Below, in pieces: positions 1-13,053 of a stretch of 64,000 nucleotides of DNA; positions within the stretch are counted from its first letter, which is position 1; the number at the start of each line of letters is the position of its first letter. Position numbers and translations under genes: made by a program. Location: assembly GCF_009914755.1 (NCBI RefSeq), contig NC_060927.1, one strand, 5' to 3'. Source of the stretch: the human T2T-CHM13v2.0 reference genome, Homo sapiens. The notes below the pieces were generated by a model. That model worked only from the letters and a program-made list of their open reading frames with translations, was not told where the DNA came from and searched no databases.

Positions 1-18
1 TATTCTATCACATACGGA

Positions 19-166
19 ATACCATACCATATACAATGAAATAGTATTCCATTGATTAAATACATACATACCTATGTACATATATATATACACACACACA
101 TATATGTATGTAAATATGTATGTATTGAATCAATGGAATACTGTTTCATTATATACGGTATAGTAT
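19..166. repeat. Fold-back inverted repeat (52-bp arms) around a TA/CA microsatellite
   Basis: 19-70 matches the reverse complement of 115-166 with 5 mismatches; 44-bp TA/CA spacer. Confidence 0.9.
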
Positions 167-680
167 TATATAGATGATGAAATACTACTTGGGGCATAGA
201 ACAGAATGAAATAGTGTTATTCACAGCAACGTTGACTGTGGAAGACAATGTTAAATGAAATAAGCCAGGCACAGAAAGACACTGTATTATCATTAATCCG
301 TGGAATCTGAACAAGTGGATTGCATAAAAGTAGAGAATAGAATAGTGTGTACCAAAGACTGGGGATGGGGGTAGAAGGTGGGTGTACTGGGAGAGGTTGA
401 TCAAAGGGTACAAAATAAAAGTCGAACAGGAAGAATAGTTATTGCATTCTATTACATAGTAGGGTGACTGTAGCTAATAACACTGTGGTGTACATTTCCA
501 GACAGCTAGAAGAAAAAATTTCAAATATTATCACCAGAAAGAAATGATAAATATTTACAGTGTTGGATGTGGTAATTACTCTGATTTGATCATTACATGA
601 TGTATACATGCATTAAAGCATAATATTGTACCCCATAAATATGCAAAATTATGTCAATTATAATTTTTTTAAATAACTAA
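131..680 (+). mobile_element. L1MA-type LINE-1 3' end
   Basis: caatggaatact..., aaatgaaataagccaggcacagaaagac, gtaccccataaatat, A-rich end. Confidence 0.85.
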
Positions 681-3600
681 AAACTTTATTTTATACTCAG
701 CAGTAATGTCAACTGAACATGAAGGTGATCAAAATAAAGGATCATATTTGAGAATAGTCAGGTAAATAATACAGATATTGTTAACTCAGGGAGCATTTTT
801 CATTTGTGATTTATTCATCTTAAACATACTGTATTTCTTCCTTGAGATTAAACCTGAAAACTTCTACCTAAACACATTTTTCTTTCTATTAGCTCATTGA
901 ATGAATAGAAATGGAGAGACATTCTTAATATATAATTGATAATCATTTTTCAACTTTATTATTTCTAGAAATTTCTTCTTTCATGTATGCTTAAAATGCT
1001 ACAGAAAAGATGGTTAAACTTTCTGTCTTTGGCCTTGAAACAAATGGTGCTTGTGATAGGGACAAGCTGGAAGATATGTATCTTATCAATACTGTTGTGA
1101 CTCTGCTGTACCATCCAGATTGGTGCAGCTAGCTCATCTAGATAATACATGCATTTTAATCAATAATTTAATTAAGCCTTATGTTGAAAAGCAATAAGTT
1201 CAAATAATATTCTAGAAAATTTTTCATTTGCAACTTAGAAATATGTCAGTTCATTTAAAATGATTTTTACAAGTATTATGACATTTTAATCTCAAATTCC
1301 CATTTGGATAAACTACCTGTCCTGTCAGAGCCTGGTTTACCTTGGGCCACCATAACACCCTTATACAAGTAACATAATTACATCCTGAACTCAGCTGCCA
1401 GCTGATTACATTTCCATTCATAACCTATCTTGACTGCTGTACTCATTATTCTAGGTTAAAAAGGCTTTCGATAAAGAAAATCTTCATTTACTTACATAAA
1501 ATTATATCTGAGTTTTGCATTCTAACCTTCATTAACCATTCTTTAGCTTACCTAATATTGGCATATAAAATCATTTAAAACTAATTGATACTCATTCTAT
1601 ATGAAGGAAAATATGTACATAAAATAGTTTTAGGGCTTTAAGATGTCACATGGCCACAGCAGTTTTAAGATGCTGTATCTATTCCTTTCTTGCAAAGAAA
1701 AAATACTTTTCTTTACTAGACATAGCATTTTTTTTTTTTATTTTTCACTACCTCTCTTCATTTCGCAATATCTGTCATCAAACTGAGCTAGTAATCTCTT
1801 TTACCAGGATTTATTTTTTCTCATTAACAGTGCCATTCTCAAGGAAATGATTATATATAGTGTTTAAAATGGAAGACTTTGTAAGAAATAGAGATTATGT
1901 GATTCTCCTTCTATCATGCCTTGTTGATAAAACAAAATGTAAATTTACACATTCTATTTTGGGTATTCAGAAAAAAATAAAGTCACATGCCACTTTGTTT
2001 CCTACATATATATTAGGGTCAGCACTTTCAGATGACCTTAGTGGCTTGACTAAATTTCAACTTGCATAATTACTATTTGCTTATGCAAATTCTCTCTTTA
2101 ATTAAAATCACTTAATGCAGCCACAGTTTCACAACCTAAATTATTCCATTTTTCTGAGTCATTAAATTTATTAAGAATCAGCCTTGCTTTACTACTGAAG
2201 TTTCATAGATTAACTTCTCAATCATGTAAGTGAAAAATTGAGAAGAAAAGCAGCCATTTTGGTGCAGCAGCTTTTTCTAACTGATCTTATGATAATATAA
2301 AAGCTTACTCTCTTATAACCAGTAATATACATAAGAAGTATCTATCATTCATATCCCCATTCTCACCAAATGGTGACGATTCTACTTTCTTAATGTATAT
2401 TTTTTATAGAAATGTGTTATATATTTAAGCAGAGCAGTAATTGCATTTAATTATGTTAGAATTAGGCTAATTTCTAAGATATCATGAGCTCTAAGTCATT
2501 ATATAAGAATCACGGCATTGATATTAAATATAATTTGGAATTCAAGCATAGCACAACATTTATCCAGTCTTAAATATGTGTCATGTCCAGTAGAAAACAA
2601 ATATGTAGATAATTACTTCACAAAAACAAAAGCAAAATTTCCAAACAACCCTCTATAACTCTCTTTCCTGCCAAAGTGTTGTGCCACATAGCATCAAATC
2701 CTGTCACTCTGCACACTCTAATTATACTCCTGTTGCCCTTATTCTTTCATTTTCTCTCTTTTTCCCGTTCACACGGGCCCATACACCTGCCTCTGCCCCT
2801 GTTCCAGTTCCTCTTTACTCAAGTCTCAGATACCTTTCCAGTCTCATTGACATCCCTCTTTATCTACCATATTTGCTACTTACAGAGTAATCTTTCAGTA
2901 TTGTCACATTCCTATTATAAAATTGAGAGTGGTAAATATTCTTTGTTTCCTCATTTTTTAACTTGTTTCTCAGGAATATGAAGTCTTGGAATTACTTACA
3001 CATATTAAGATGTAAAAGCCAATAGAATTTGAACAACTGAAAATATAAATGAGAAAGGTAAAAAAAAAGATAAAAGAAGATCCCAGAGGAAAATGAAAGA
3101 GAAAGCATCATGTACTTTGATGAAAAATTAGCTTTAAAAGCAGGGTAGAATGTATGATCATATTGACCCTACACAGAAAGGAAGGGGAAAAGCTCACATA
3201 AGATATTCTTGATCGTTTTAGGGAGACAGAAAGACCTGTGTTCTCTCAGGATTGAAGAAAAGAGTAGTAGATTTTTGTTGACTTGTAACAAACCAACTAG
3301 ACCTTTGAAGCGTATTAATAAAATTATTATAATGATGAGATAAATGCTCATTCCACACTCGATAGGCCAATTTGTCCTGAACAAACTAAATATGCCCTTC
3401 TCATAGCAAAGACAACCGTGAAAATAGCTGATTATCTGATATGCACCAAAAAGGAAGACAAGTAAAGGGCAGGGAGGCATGGTAGCCTGTGAGTATAGGG
3501 AAGAGAGGTAAAAAAAGCAAAAGCAAAACAACAACAAAACCTTTGTTGTCAAAGATAAAGTCCAATAAACCTGAGGAATCATTATAAGAAGAAGAGGAAA

Positions 3601-4399
3601 ATCATGATTTTAAGCTTTAAATTGAAGAGTTTCTGCTGGGTTATGAGAGCTTATTGTGGCTTACGTATAATTGGCTGACAGAGTAGGGAGGAGTCATTGA
3701 AGTTAAGGAGAATGAGGCACTGTGCATATTAAGGAGACTATACTATGCCTGTTAACACACCAACAATGAATGGTGGCAATTATAACTCCTCCCCAGTGAG
3801 GCTGGAAGAAATATTTGTGGGCTCCAGACAGCCACAGACAATATTCCATTCAGAAAACTGATATATTTAGTGTGTATACAAGTTTCCTTTGTGGCATGTA
3901 CCCATGTTAAATCTGATTTCTCTTTTTTATTTGTATATTCTCCTTATTGTGATAGCTCAATCCACTTTGTTTTCCCTGTGCCATATGTAATCTAATTTTC
4001 CTATCCCTTGGCAGTCTGTAGGTAGTGATAGAAATACATTTACTGTATATATTTGTTAGAGTTCAGTTTCGAAGTGTTAGTGCCTCTTTAGAAAATGTAG
4101 GCATAGATTGATCCTCGGGGTATAAATCGGATTACAGAATCACAGGAAAGACTAAGATGCAGATTCATGGATGAGCTCACAGAAAGCATACTACCAACAT
4201 CACGTTATGAAATCAGACAGAAATGTCACTGTTGTTCCTGTAACCATCTCAAATCCTCAGCTTGGGAAAACAAGATCACTGCTGTTGGCCTCATCACTAG
4301 ACCAGTTCTGCCTCACATTTCACTTCTTATTTCACTGTATTTAATTTCAGAATCAAAATCAAATTTACAAATTCAGGGACACAAAAATACAGGAAAGGT

Positions 4400-4759
<360 letters not shown>

Positions 4760-5259
4760 TCAATATTGAACATCTATATGATATAGTTTAAATTTCAATA
4801 ACCTTCACCTTCAATTGCTACTTTAGACTCTATAACATTATACAAAATCCTCAACAAGCATTTCTACAAGAAATCCATCTGGCGCTTTTATTTCTACTTA
4901 AGTAGTCCAAGTTCTCTCTCCAATTGCTGTGTCTTTCCAACTTGATGGCAGTACATACCCATGTATAAAAGCCTTTATGGTAACAAAGCTTTGCAGTAAA
5001 GAAAGTTCAAAGAAATACAATTGCTCCTATTTTTGGGGTCCCTGAAAAGAATTTTTCAGACACCTTTTTGTAGGGTCCAGCAGAGAAACGTAATAGTCTG
5101 TTTTCATGTGGTTAGGGCAGAAATAGAGGTTGATGATAGTACTATACTGCACTCAGCATCAGTACCTATTTGTATGTCTAAAGCATTTCTGCTGACTTAA
5201 AGCTCATTCTACTTGGCTACTTCTTGTATTTGAATGGCTGCTCCAGCAGTCACATTAGA

Positions 5260-5345
5260 GTGTGTGTGTATGTGTGTTTGTGTCTATGTATGGATGTGTG
5301 TGTGTGTGTGTTTGTATATATATATATGTACACACACATATATGT
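5260..5345. repeat. (TG)n/(TA)n microsatellite; TA-rich low complexity continues to about 5812
   Basis: direct inspection. Confidence 0.9.
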
Positions 5346-5883
5346 ATCTATATATCCTTACATACTTCTATTTGTTTATAAAGTCTCAGAGTACTTACAT
5401 ATGTAAATTTATACACAGAGAATTTATATATGCATACTCTATATAGATATAAATTTTACATATATACTTACAAAAGTATAAAGAACCCTGAAACATCAAT
5501 AATATAAAAATAAAGTCTAAATATATACTTAGTATATTTTAGTGTTAAAGCATAAAAATGTGATATGCACTTTATTTAAATGATATATTGTAAAGTTTAG
5601 ATATATAAACTGCAACTTCAGGGACATAGCAATTCAGAAAAGGTACTATTTAGCACTCCAATCTGCCTCTATATACATATAAACTTTAGGTATAACTTTG
5701 TAAATCTTATGTATATTTATATATATAAAGATTATAGAAACAAACTTTATGTATATAAATGTTTTATGTATTTATATATATACACACACATACACATATA
5801 TACATATATATAAAGTTCTGTCAAACCTATTCTACCTGTGTGCCAGTTATCAATAGAAATGTGATTTAGCAATGTGATTTATT

Positions 5884-6272
<389 letters not shown>

Positions 6273-6836
6273 CTATCAAATTTTTACAGCGGGTTTTCAG
6301 CGTCCCTATATTTATACTCCCTGTTTGTTTGTTTGTTTTTAGTCTTTTGCTAAACTTGAACCAAAAATAAACCATGTGGTCGTCAGGCTAGACAAAGGAA
6401 AGGCAGGTTAAAGAGCTGTAGCACTCAAGAAATTGTGAACACTGAGAGAACGCCAAACCTGGGGACACAGGAGGTAATCTATGTAATTCAGGGGTCCTAA
6501 CATCCAGGAGGCAGGTTGAGTTTAGCTCTGTTACTAATGTGTCACCCTTAAAAGAAAAGTAAACAAAAGTATAGAAATCAAAAAGGAAACTTTCTTCTCA
6601 CAGGGGATGTTAGAAGGTGTGTTTTGTGTTCTTTTGTTTTTCGTTATTAGGCAAAGAAGCAATTAAGCAGGTGAGAAACAACCCCATGGAAACATGAAAA
6701 GTAGAGAAAACCTGTCCAAAACATCTGCTTAAAAATTCTGAAGTGGGAAGATTAGAGGTTGATAAAAAGAAATATATTCTGCAATAGGTTTAACACCTGC
6801 TCACTGAATCCCCTAATGCTCTGGGCTGTGTGGTGT

Positions 6837-7000
6837 TCTCCAAATCATGGCTAAGTCTGTCAATCAGGAAATCATTTAAATGAGGCCAAAACACCTTGTG
6901 GCAAAAACAACAGTAATAAAAACTTCAGGGACCAAAGAACTCTGGAACATGGAAGATGTACATACAGAACAAAAGCACAGATTTTCATTTATGTTTCTTG
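6837..7000 (+). repeat. Copy A (probable donor) of a 164-bp inverted duplication
   Basis: reverse complement aligns without gaps to 8685-8848 with 6 mismatches. Confidence 0.97.
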
Positions 7001-7476
7001 CAGTCATGACTTGGATATTCCTTGACTTCTTAATTTATTTTCAACAGAAAACACAGATTTTATTTTTCCATTGAGACTTTTTTGTTCCCTTCCTCTCTTG
7101 AACTTTTTATTAGAATTTATTCCTAGGTTTACAAACTTAGACTATAAAAATATTATTTTCTTCATGCTATGATCATTTTCAACTCTTTCTTTCTATAATT
7201 TTGGCCTGCTGACACACTGTATCATTATTATTTCAAAGTAGTTACAGCAGAAACAATGTTCAGCTTTTAAAATTTATTTCTATTTAAATACCATATATGA
7301 GTTTTAAAGACAACTTACAAATTTAAATTCCCAGAGTTCAATATTTCCTTTCTGGCAAAAGATTTATTTTAAAAAATTTATGTTTGCTGGCAGTTTTACT
7401 TATTTATGTTTTCTATTCTAGAATAAGTGATAATTTGAATTTTTATGACTGCCACTTTAGAGTAAATATAAATACA

Positions 7477-7580
7477 ATTTTTTTTCTGCTTCAACTTTTA
7501 TTTCAGGTTCAAGAGCTACATGTGTAGATTTGTTACATGGGTAAATTGCGTGTCACTGAAGTTTGGTGCACAAGTGATTT
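7477..7580 (-). mobile_element. Short L1 3' end fragment (old L1PA/L1PB type)
   Basis: T-tail then caacttttatttcaggttcaagagctacatgtgtagatttgttacatgggtaaattgcgtg. Confidence 0.8.
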
Positions 7581-8610
7581 AAATTGTACATCAAATGAAA
7601 TTATATTGAAGTATCTTTCCATACCTTATTACTGCTTTGATTGTTTTAATACTGTTCAAATATATTTTTTTGTTGTTAGATACTCTCAGTAAATGGTTTC
7701 TAAGTAGCAGTACAAAAACCAAAAAAAAATTGTAATATAAAGGTTAAAAATTTAATAAAATTATATTTTGAGTTTCATATTTGATTATGTAAATAATGTT
7801 ACCAATTTTCTTACAAAAGATGAGTATATATTTAAATAAATTCTATTTAAATAGATAGCATTTGGAGTTTGTATTTTAGATATAAAAAAGGCAATTATAG
7901 AAAATAGCAAAATTATTTACTTTTAAGCATAAATTATTTCAAGTTGTCTTAGTTGTTTCAGTGGCTGCAACAGTGGTTGAGTGAGTGTAAGACTATTATC
8001 TTTTGGTTTTCAGTGGCCCTATATTTTTACTTCCTATTTGGAGTACAGAAAAATTGTCTTAAACCAGCACCTTTCCTTTTTCTAACCTGATGACCACAAG
8101 GTTTCTTTTTATGTCTATCTAGCAACAGACTAAAAACAAAAACAGGGAGTATAAACATAGGGATGCTAAAAACCTGAAAACCGAAAGATAATAGTCTTAC
8201 ATTTTTAAAATTTTAAATGTGTCCATTTATTTAAATCTCCAAGATTCTTAGCAATGCTTGTTAATAATGTCTTGTATCACTAGAAGGAATTATGTTCTCC
8301 CTAAATAGTTAGGTGCTTCAGTGACATAAATGTGGTAATGAGTCAACTGTCAGCTAATGCAACACACACCGAACCTGATATCAGAATCACTGTGTTCTGG
8401 TCACTGTGTTTTGATTTCTCTGAATCTTATTTCATCAGCAGCAAAAGTGAAAGATTAAAGTGAAGTTTGGTTTTACACCATGTCAATTTTGTATGTATTT
8501 ATTTCCCTCAAGTTGCCCATTCTAGACGATGTCCTGGCATGTGTATTCAAAATGAGCCCACAGATAATACACAGAGAGCCACATTAGTCCACTAAATCAT
8601 GGAGGAATCA

Positions 8611-8613
<3 letters not shown>

Positions 8614-8679
<66 letters not shown>
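8614..8679. repeat. Compound (CT)n(AT)n microsatellite
   Basis: direct inspection; TA-type repeat resumes at 8850-8863 after the inserted segment. Confidence 0.95.
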
Positions 8680-8684
8680 AACAA

Positions 8685-8848
8685 CAAGAAACATAAATGA
8701 AAACCTGTGCTTTTGTTCTGTATTTACATCTCCCATGTTCCAGAGTTCTTTGGTCCCTGAAGTTTTTATTACTGTTGTTTTGGCCACAAGCTGTTTTGGC
8801 CTCATTTAAATGATTTCCTGATTGACAGACTTAGCCATGGTTTGGAGA
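8685..8848 (-). repeat. Copy B (probable inserted copy) of the 164-bp inverted duplication
   Basis: reverse complement of 6837-7000; flanked on both sides by TA repeats. Confidence 0.97.
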
Positions 8849-8870
8849 CATATACATATATATCACTGGA

Positions 8871-9073
8871 CTGCTACCTGACATACCTTCTGCTCAGCTC
8901 TGTCCTCTCTTCATCCTGACTAATATTCCAGGAATCTGGAATCTGGTCCTATTCCAGGCTAGGACCTACTTCCTGCTACCTGACATACCTTCTGCTCAGC
9001 TCTGTCCTCTCTTCATCCTGACTAATATCCAGGAAACTGGAATCTGGTCCTATTCCAGGCTAGGACCTACTTC
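8871..9073. repeat. Tandem duplication, 102 + 101 bp
   Basis: 8871-8972 vs 8973-9073: one substitution and one 1-bp indel. Confidence 0.97.
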
Positions 9074-9539
9074 TGCCTCAATGTAGTCATCTTCTCAAGA
9101 TATCATTTATCAAGTTTTAATATAAAAGGGCTCCTCCTAGGTAAGAAGGGAAACCTGGATTGTGTGTACTCTTAAGGACCTTTCCATTCATTGGCATTGC
9201 GATTGGTAGCCCGTTAATCAGAATTATGCTTCTGATTGTGTGTACCTTTATTATACAAGAAAATCTCATGAAATGTCAGACATTTTTATAGTAAGAATAG
9301 TGGGAGATGGGAAACTTTTTATCACCATCTTTGTTTTACCTCTTAAAAAACTTGATGTGGCAAAATGGAAGTTCAGCCCTGATACTTTTTGGTTTCTTCA
9401 TGAGTTTGGGACTGTGACAGCAGCTTATTCTCCAGTAAAATCCTTAATTAGATTACAAAAGAAAATTTAATGATATAATTTATTGTATATGTCTACATAC
9501 TCTCTTCAACTATTAGAATGTCTCCAATATTTACATAAC

Positions 9540-9700
9540 TCTTTCAAAGTAGGTATTATTAAGTCAGTTGATGCTCAGATAAATGAAGTCAGCAGACCTT
9601 GTTTGCAAAGCTAGTTGGTTGCAAAGCTAATTGCTTGCAAAGCTAGTTGGTTGCAAAGCTAGTTAGTGGCAAAGTATTAGCACCCAGTTCTTCTAATATA
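9540..9700 (-). mobile_element. MIR fragment
   Basis: aggtattatt...agctagttagtggcaaag resembles the reverse MIR core (cagctagtaagtggcagagc). Confidence 0.55.
9603..9674. repeat. 16-bp minisatellite (ttgcaaagctagttgg), about 4.5 copies
   Basis: units start at 9603, 9619, 9635, 9651 and (partial) 9667. Confidence 0.9.
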
Positions 9701-10696
9701 TAATTTTTGTTTGTTTTTTTCTACCACCTGTTACTCATTTAAATAAGAGAAAATCTTGGCTAAAGTAGTTCTTCCTAAAGCAGATTCATTAAGGAGCTCT
9801 CCAGTAAGCAGAGTCCTGATGGTGACCACCCTCTCTGAATCACATGAAGCCATCCCACTAAAATTCCTACAACCAGTCCAATCAGAGCCCTTCTGTGTGC
9901 AAGGTAGCCTCTAATTCTTGAGATCTTGCTTTGCTGCCTGGAAAAGGAATGGGTACCAGGAGCTTCTCTTCTACTTAGAGATATACAACTAAAGTCAAGT
10001 AATTTCATCTGTCTGGACTCAAGAGTTCTTGTGTGCATGATACAGGGAATGAGCTGGATTTTCAGTAGAATTGCTTTCCCTTCTGTACATCTGTGCAAGT
10101 TCTCTGCAGAGCACCATGAGCAGTGATCAAATAATTGCATTTGAGTTTCTCCTCACCTACATTTATCTTATGTCTTTACTTCTTCTAGGTGTCTTCTCTA
10201 GATTTAGGATCTATTTTCTTTCTTAATAGATTACAATCAATATCACAGTGCAAAATACTATTTAAGTTGATGTGGCAAAGTTGTGGAGGGAATTGGAAAT
10301 ACTGAAGAAGGGACTATTTGCATAGTCAGATATAGTTATTTTTAAAAAGTTACTGTTTATCTAATTTAACTTACAATAAACTTATCTCTTGTTTAGACTA
10401 AATTAGAGGTTTGGGGCAGTAGGAAAGGTGACAGTACCAAGATTTAATATAAATAACAGAGTAGATTGGGAAACAAAATGTCCACAAATTATTTTTAAAA
10501 GAGGAATCATGAGTGGATCAAGCTTGAAGCCATATATAAAATCAACAGTCAATTTGACATTTTAACAATTCACCTGTGGTCTTTTCTCTAGAAATTTCAG
10601 TAGGTATGGTGCAGTGAAGTAAAGGCAGCTCAGTGTAGTAGAGTGTTCAGGCTTTAAAATTCAGAAGTGGCCTTCCTCAGATGAAGAATTCAGAGT

Positions 10697-11445
10697 TTCT
10701 TATTTTAGGGCTGCAATAACAAATTATCACACATTGGGTGGCTTAACACACGAGAAAAATATTATCTTACAGTTCTGGAGGTCAGAGTTCCAAATCAAGG
10801 CATCATTAGAGCCAAACTCCCTCTAAAGCAGGGGTCCCCAACACTGGGACGTGGACAGGTGGCTGGGTATTGGTCTGTTGCCTATTAGGTACTGGGCCTC
10901 ACAGAAGGAGGTAAGCAGTGGGCAAGAGAGAATTACCGCCTGAGCTCCACCTCCTGTCAAATCAGCAGGTGCATTAGATTCTCATAGGAGCATGAAGCCT
11001 ATTGTGAACTGTGCATATGAGGGATCTAGGTTGCACACTCCTTATGATAAGCTAATGCCTGATAATCTGACGTGGAACAGTTTCATCCCCAAGCCCTCCA
11101 CCCCCAACTTCTTCCAGGAAACCAGTCCCTGGTGACTAAAAGTTTGGGGACCACTGCTCTAAAGGCTTTAGAGGAGAATTCTTCCTTGCTTTTTCTGGTC
11201 TTTGGTGGTGCCAATCATTCCTTATCTGGCAGCTGCATAACTCCAACTCTGCCTCCACTTTCACATAACCTTCTCCTTCTCTCTGTGTGTCTCTTCTCCT
11301 TTTAAGGACACGTTGGATTTAGGGTCCATGTGGATTATCCAGAATGATTTCCTTTTGAGATTCTTAATTTAATTATATTAACAAAAATTATTTTCCTAAG
11401 TAAGCTCACACTCACAAGTTTTGGAGATTAAGACATAGATTTCTT
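10697..11445 (-). mobile_element. MaLR LTR (MLT1C-like), interrupted by MER1B
   Basis: gggctgcaataacaaattatcacacattgggtggctt...cagttctggaggtcagag; continues after 11164. Confidence 0.8.
10829..11156 (+). mobile_element. MER1B (hAT-Charlie non-autonomous DNA transposon)
   Basis: caggggtccccaac...gtttggggaccactg termini; perfect 8-bp TSD ctctaaag at 10821 and 11157. Confidence 0.92.
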
Positions 11446-11468
11446 TTTTTTTTTTTTTTTTTGTCTAC

Positions 11469-11855
11469 TGTCTTAGTTTTCTTAGGCTGTCTTAATAAAG
11501 TATCACAGGCAAGTGACTTAAGAGAAATGCATTCTGTTATCCTTCTGGAAGCTAGAAATTAGATTGAATTTCTTTGGAAATTAGAGTTGGTTTCTTCAGA
11601 GCTCGCTTTCCTTGGCTTTTAAGATGGCTGTTTTCTCCCTGTGTTTTCACATGGTCTTCCCTCATTACCTGTTTCTAAATTTCCTCTTTGTATAAGGATA
11701 TCAGTCAAATTGGTTTAGGGACAACTCTATTGACCTTATCCCAATTTAATTACTTCTTTAAAGTGTCTGTCTTCTAATACAGTCACATTCGGAAGTAGTG
11801 GGTATTAGACCATTAACATATAAATTTGGTGGGAAACACAATTCAAACTGTGATA
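11469..11855 (-). mobile_element. MaLR LTR (MLT1B/MLT1A-like)
   Basis: tgtcttagtttt...ttcacatggtcttccctc...taatacagtcacattc...acacaattcaa. Confidence 0.8.
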
Positions 11856-12074
11856 GTCACCCTCCAAATACAGAGCCTAATTAAAAATCCTCGCTACTTT
11901 ATTTTATATTGAAATGACTTAGCAGACATTTATGAAGAGCTGAATGAGGATAGGGTAAGAATAATGATATGCTTATGTTGGAGAGATTCTGCAAAGATAG
12001 AGTAAGAGATTTAGTGTGATGCAAGCTCTGTCAGAAGAAGAAATCCTCTCTGTGTTGAAACTTAGAGCTGTTTT

Positions 12075-12128
12075 CATGCATGGTATATTATAGGTGCTCA
12101 ATAAATACTTGTTGTAGAATGAATGAGA
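12075..12128 (+). mobile_element. L2 3' end fragment
   Basis: taggtgctcaataaatacttgttgtagaatgaatga. Confidence 0.6.
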
Positions 12129-13053
12129 GATGTGCCTCACAAATATTCATGCTTCATAAATAAAAACAACATGCAGGGTATAGCTGAACCTGTTTCCTTA
12201 TATTCACTATACCAGCAAACTAGCTGGGAGCTGCATAACATAAGAAAAAAGCTACCTGTGTTGATTAGGCAAGAAGTATAAGATATGACACTTTCCAAAG
12301 TATATCTTTATATATTTAATTCATCAGCAATCCTTTTGGGTAAGTGCATTCTTTTCTTATGTTACAAATTATTTTAAAATGGCTCACCCAGTAACTTATA
12401 TTTATGTCAACAGTTTTATAAAGTGAATGCAAATATGGGGTCAATTTCACTGGATATGGAAAGGGAAGAAGAATGAATATGGTTTCCAAATATTTCTTTT
12501 ATTTCATCATTGTTAGAATTACTTTATAGATTTTCCTTCTCCAAAGAATCCATAGACGTTACCTCTAGAATCTCATACAGAATTTGTTGTGACAGTATCA
12601 ACAAATAATTTAATATTCTTCCTGTGTCATATATAAGATGAATAAAGTCATAAAGACCAACATTTCCTATAAAAGGGGATACATTGCTATGGAAGTAAGG
12701 GTTCACAAAGCTTAACTTACACATATGGAAAAATAATTGCAAGATGATATATTTTGGGAAGAATAAACCAAGACAGGCCTATCTGAATTCCATTTTGAAT
12801 TAAATGCCAGGATCTCAGTAACAATTGGTCTTATCGACTTCTTTGGATGGACAACTTTCTAAGTATATAGAAAAATCTTTATTTATATATCTGACTAGAT
12901 ATGGTAATTTAATTCCATCAAGTGAAACTTATGAGACATTCTCAAATCATTTCTTCATTTATTGATAATTATTTAATGAGCATTAATAACATGTTTAGAG
13001 ATGAAATATGTTACAGGGAAATAGATCACTTCCACCTTCACAAGTTGCCCTTT

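Noticed and set aside
3169-3582. 137-aa hydrophobic minus-strand ORF
   Set aside because: Composition follows the T-rich strand; no domain similarity or splice support visible
5390-5815. Apparent inverted repeats in the TA-rich tract (also 28145-28225)
   Set aside because: Low-complexity TA/CA sequence is self-complementary by composition; no unique-sequence arm can be shown
8388-8414. Short 10-22 bp tandem duplications (also near 23636, 35928, 53943)
   Set aside because: Ordinary slippage duplications; too short to be informative
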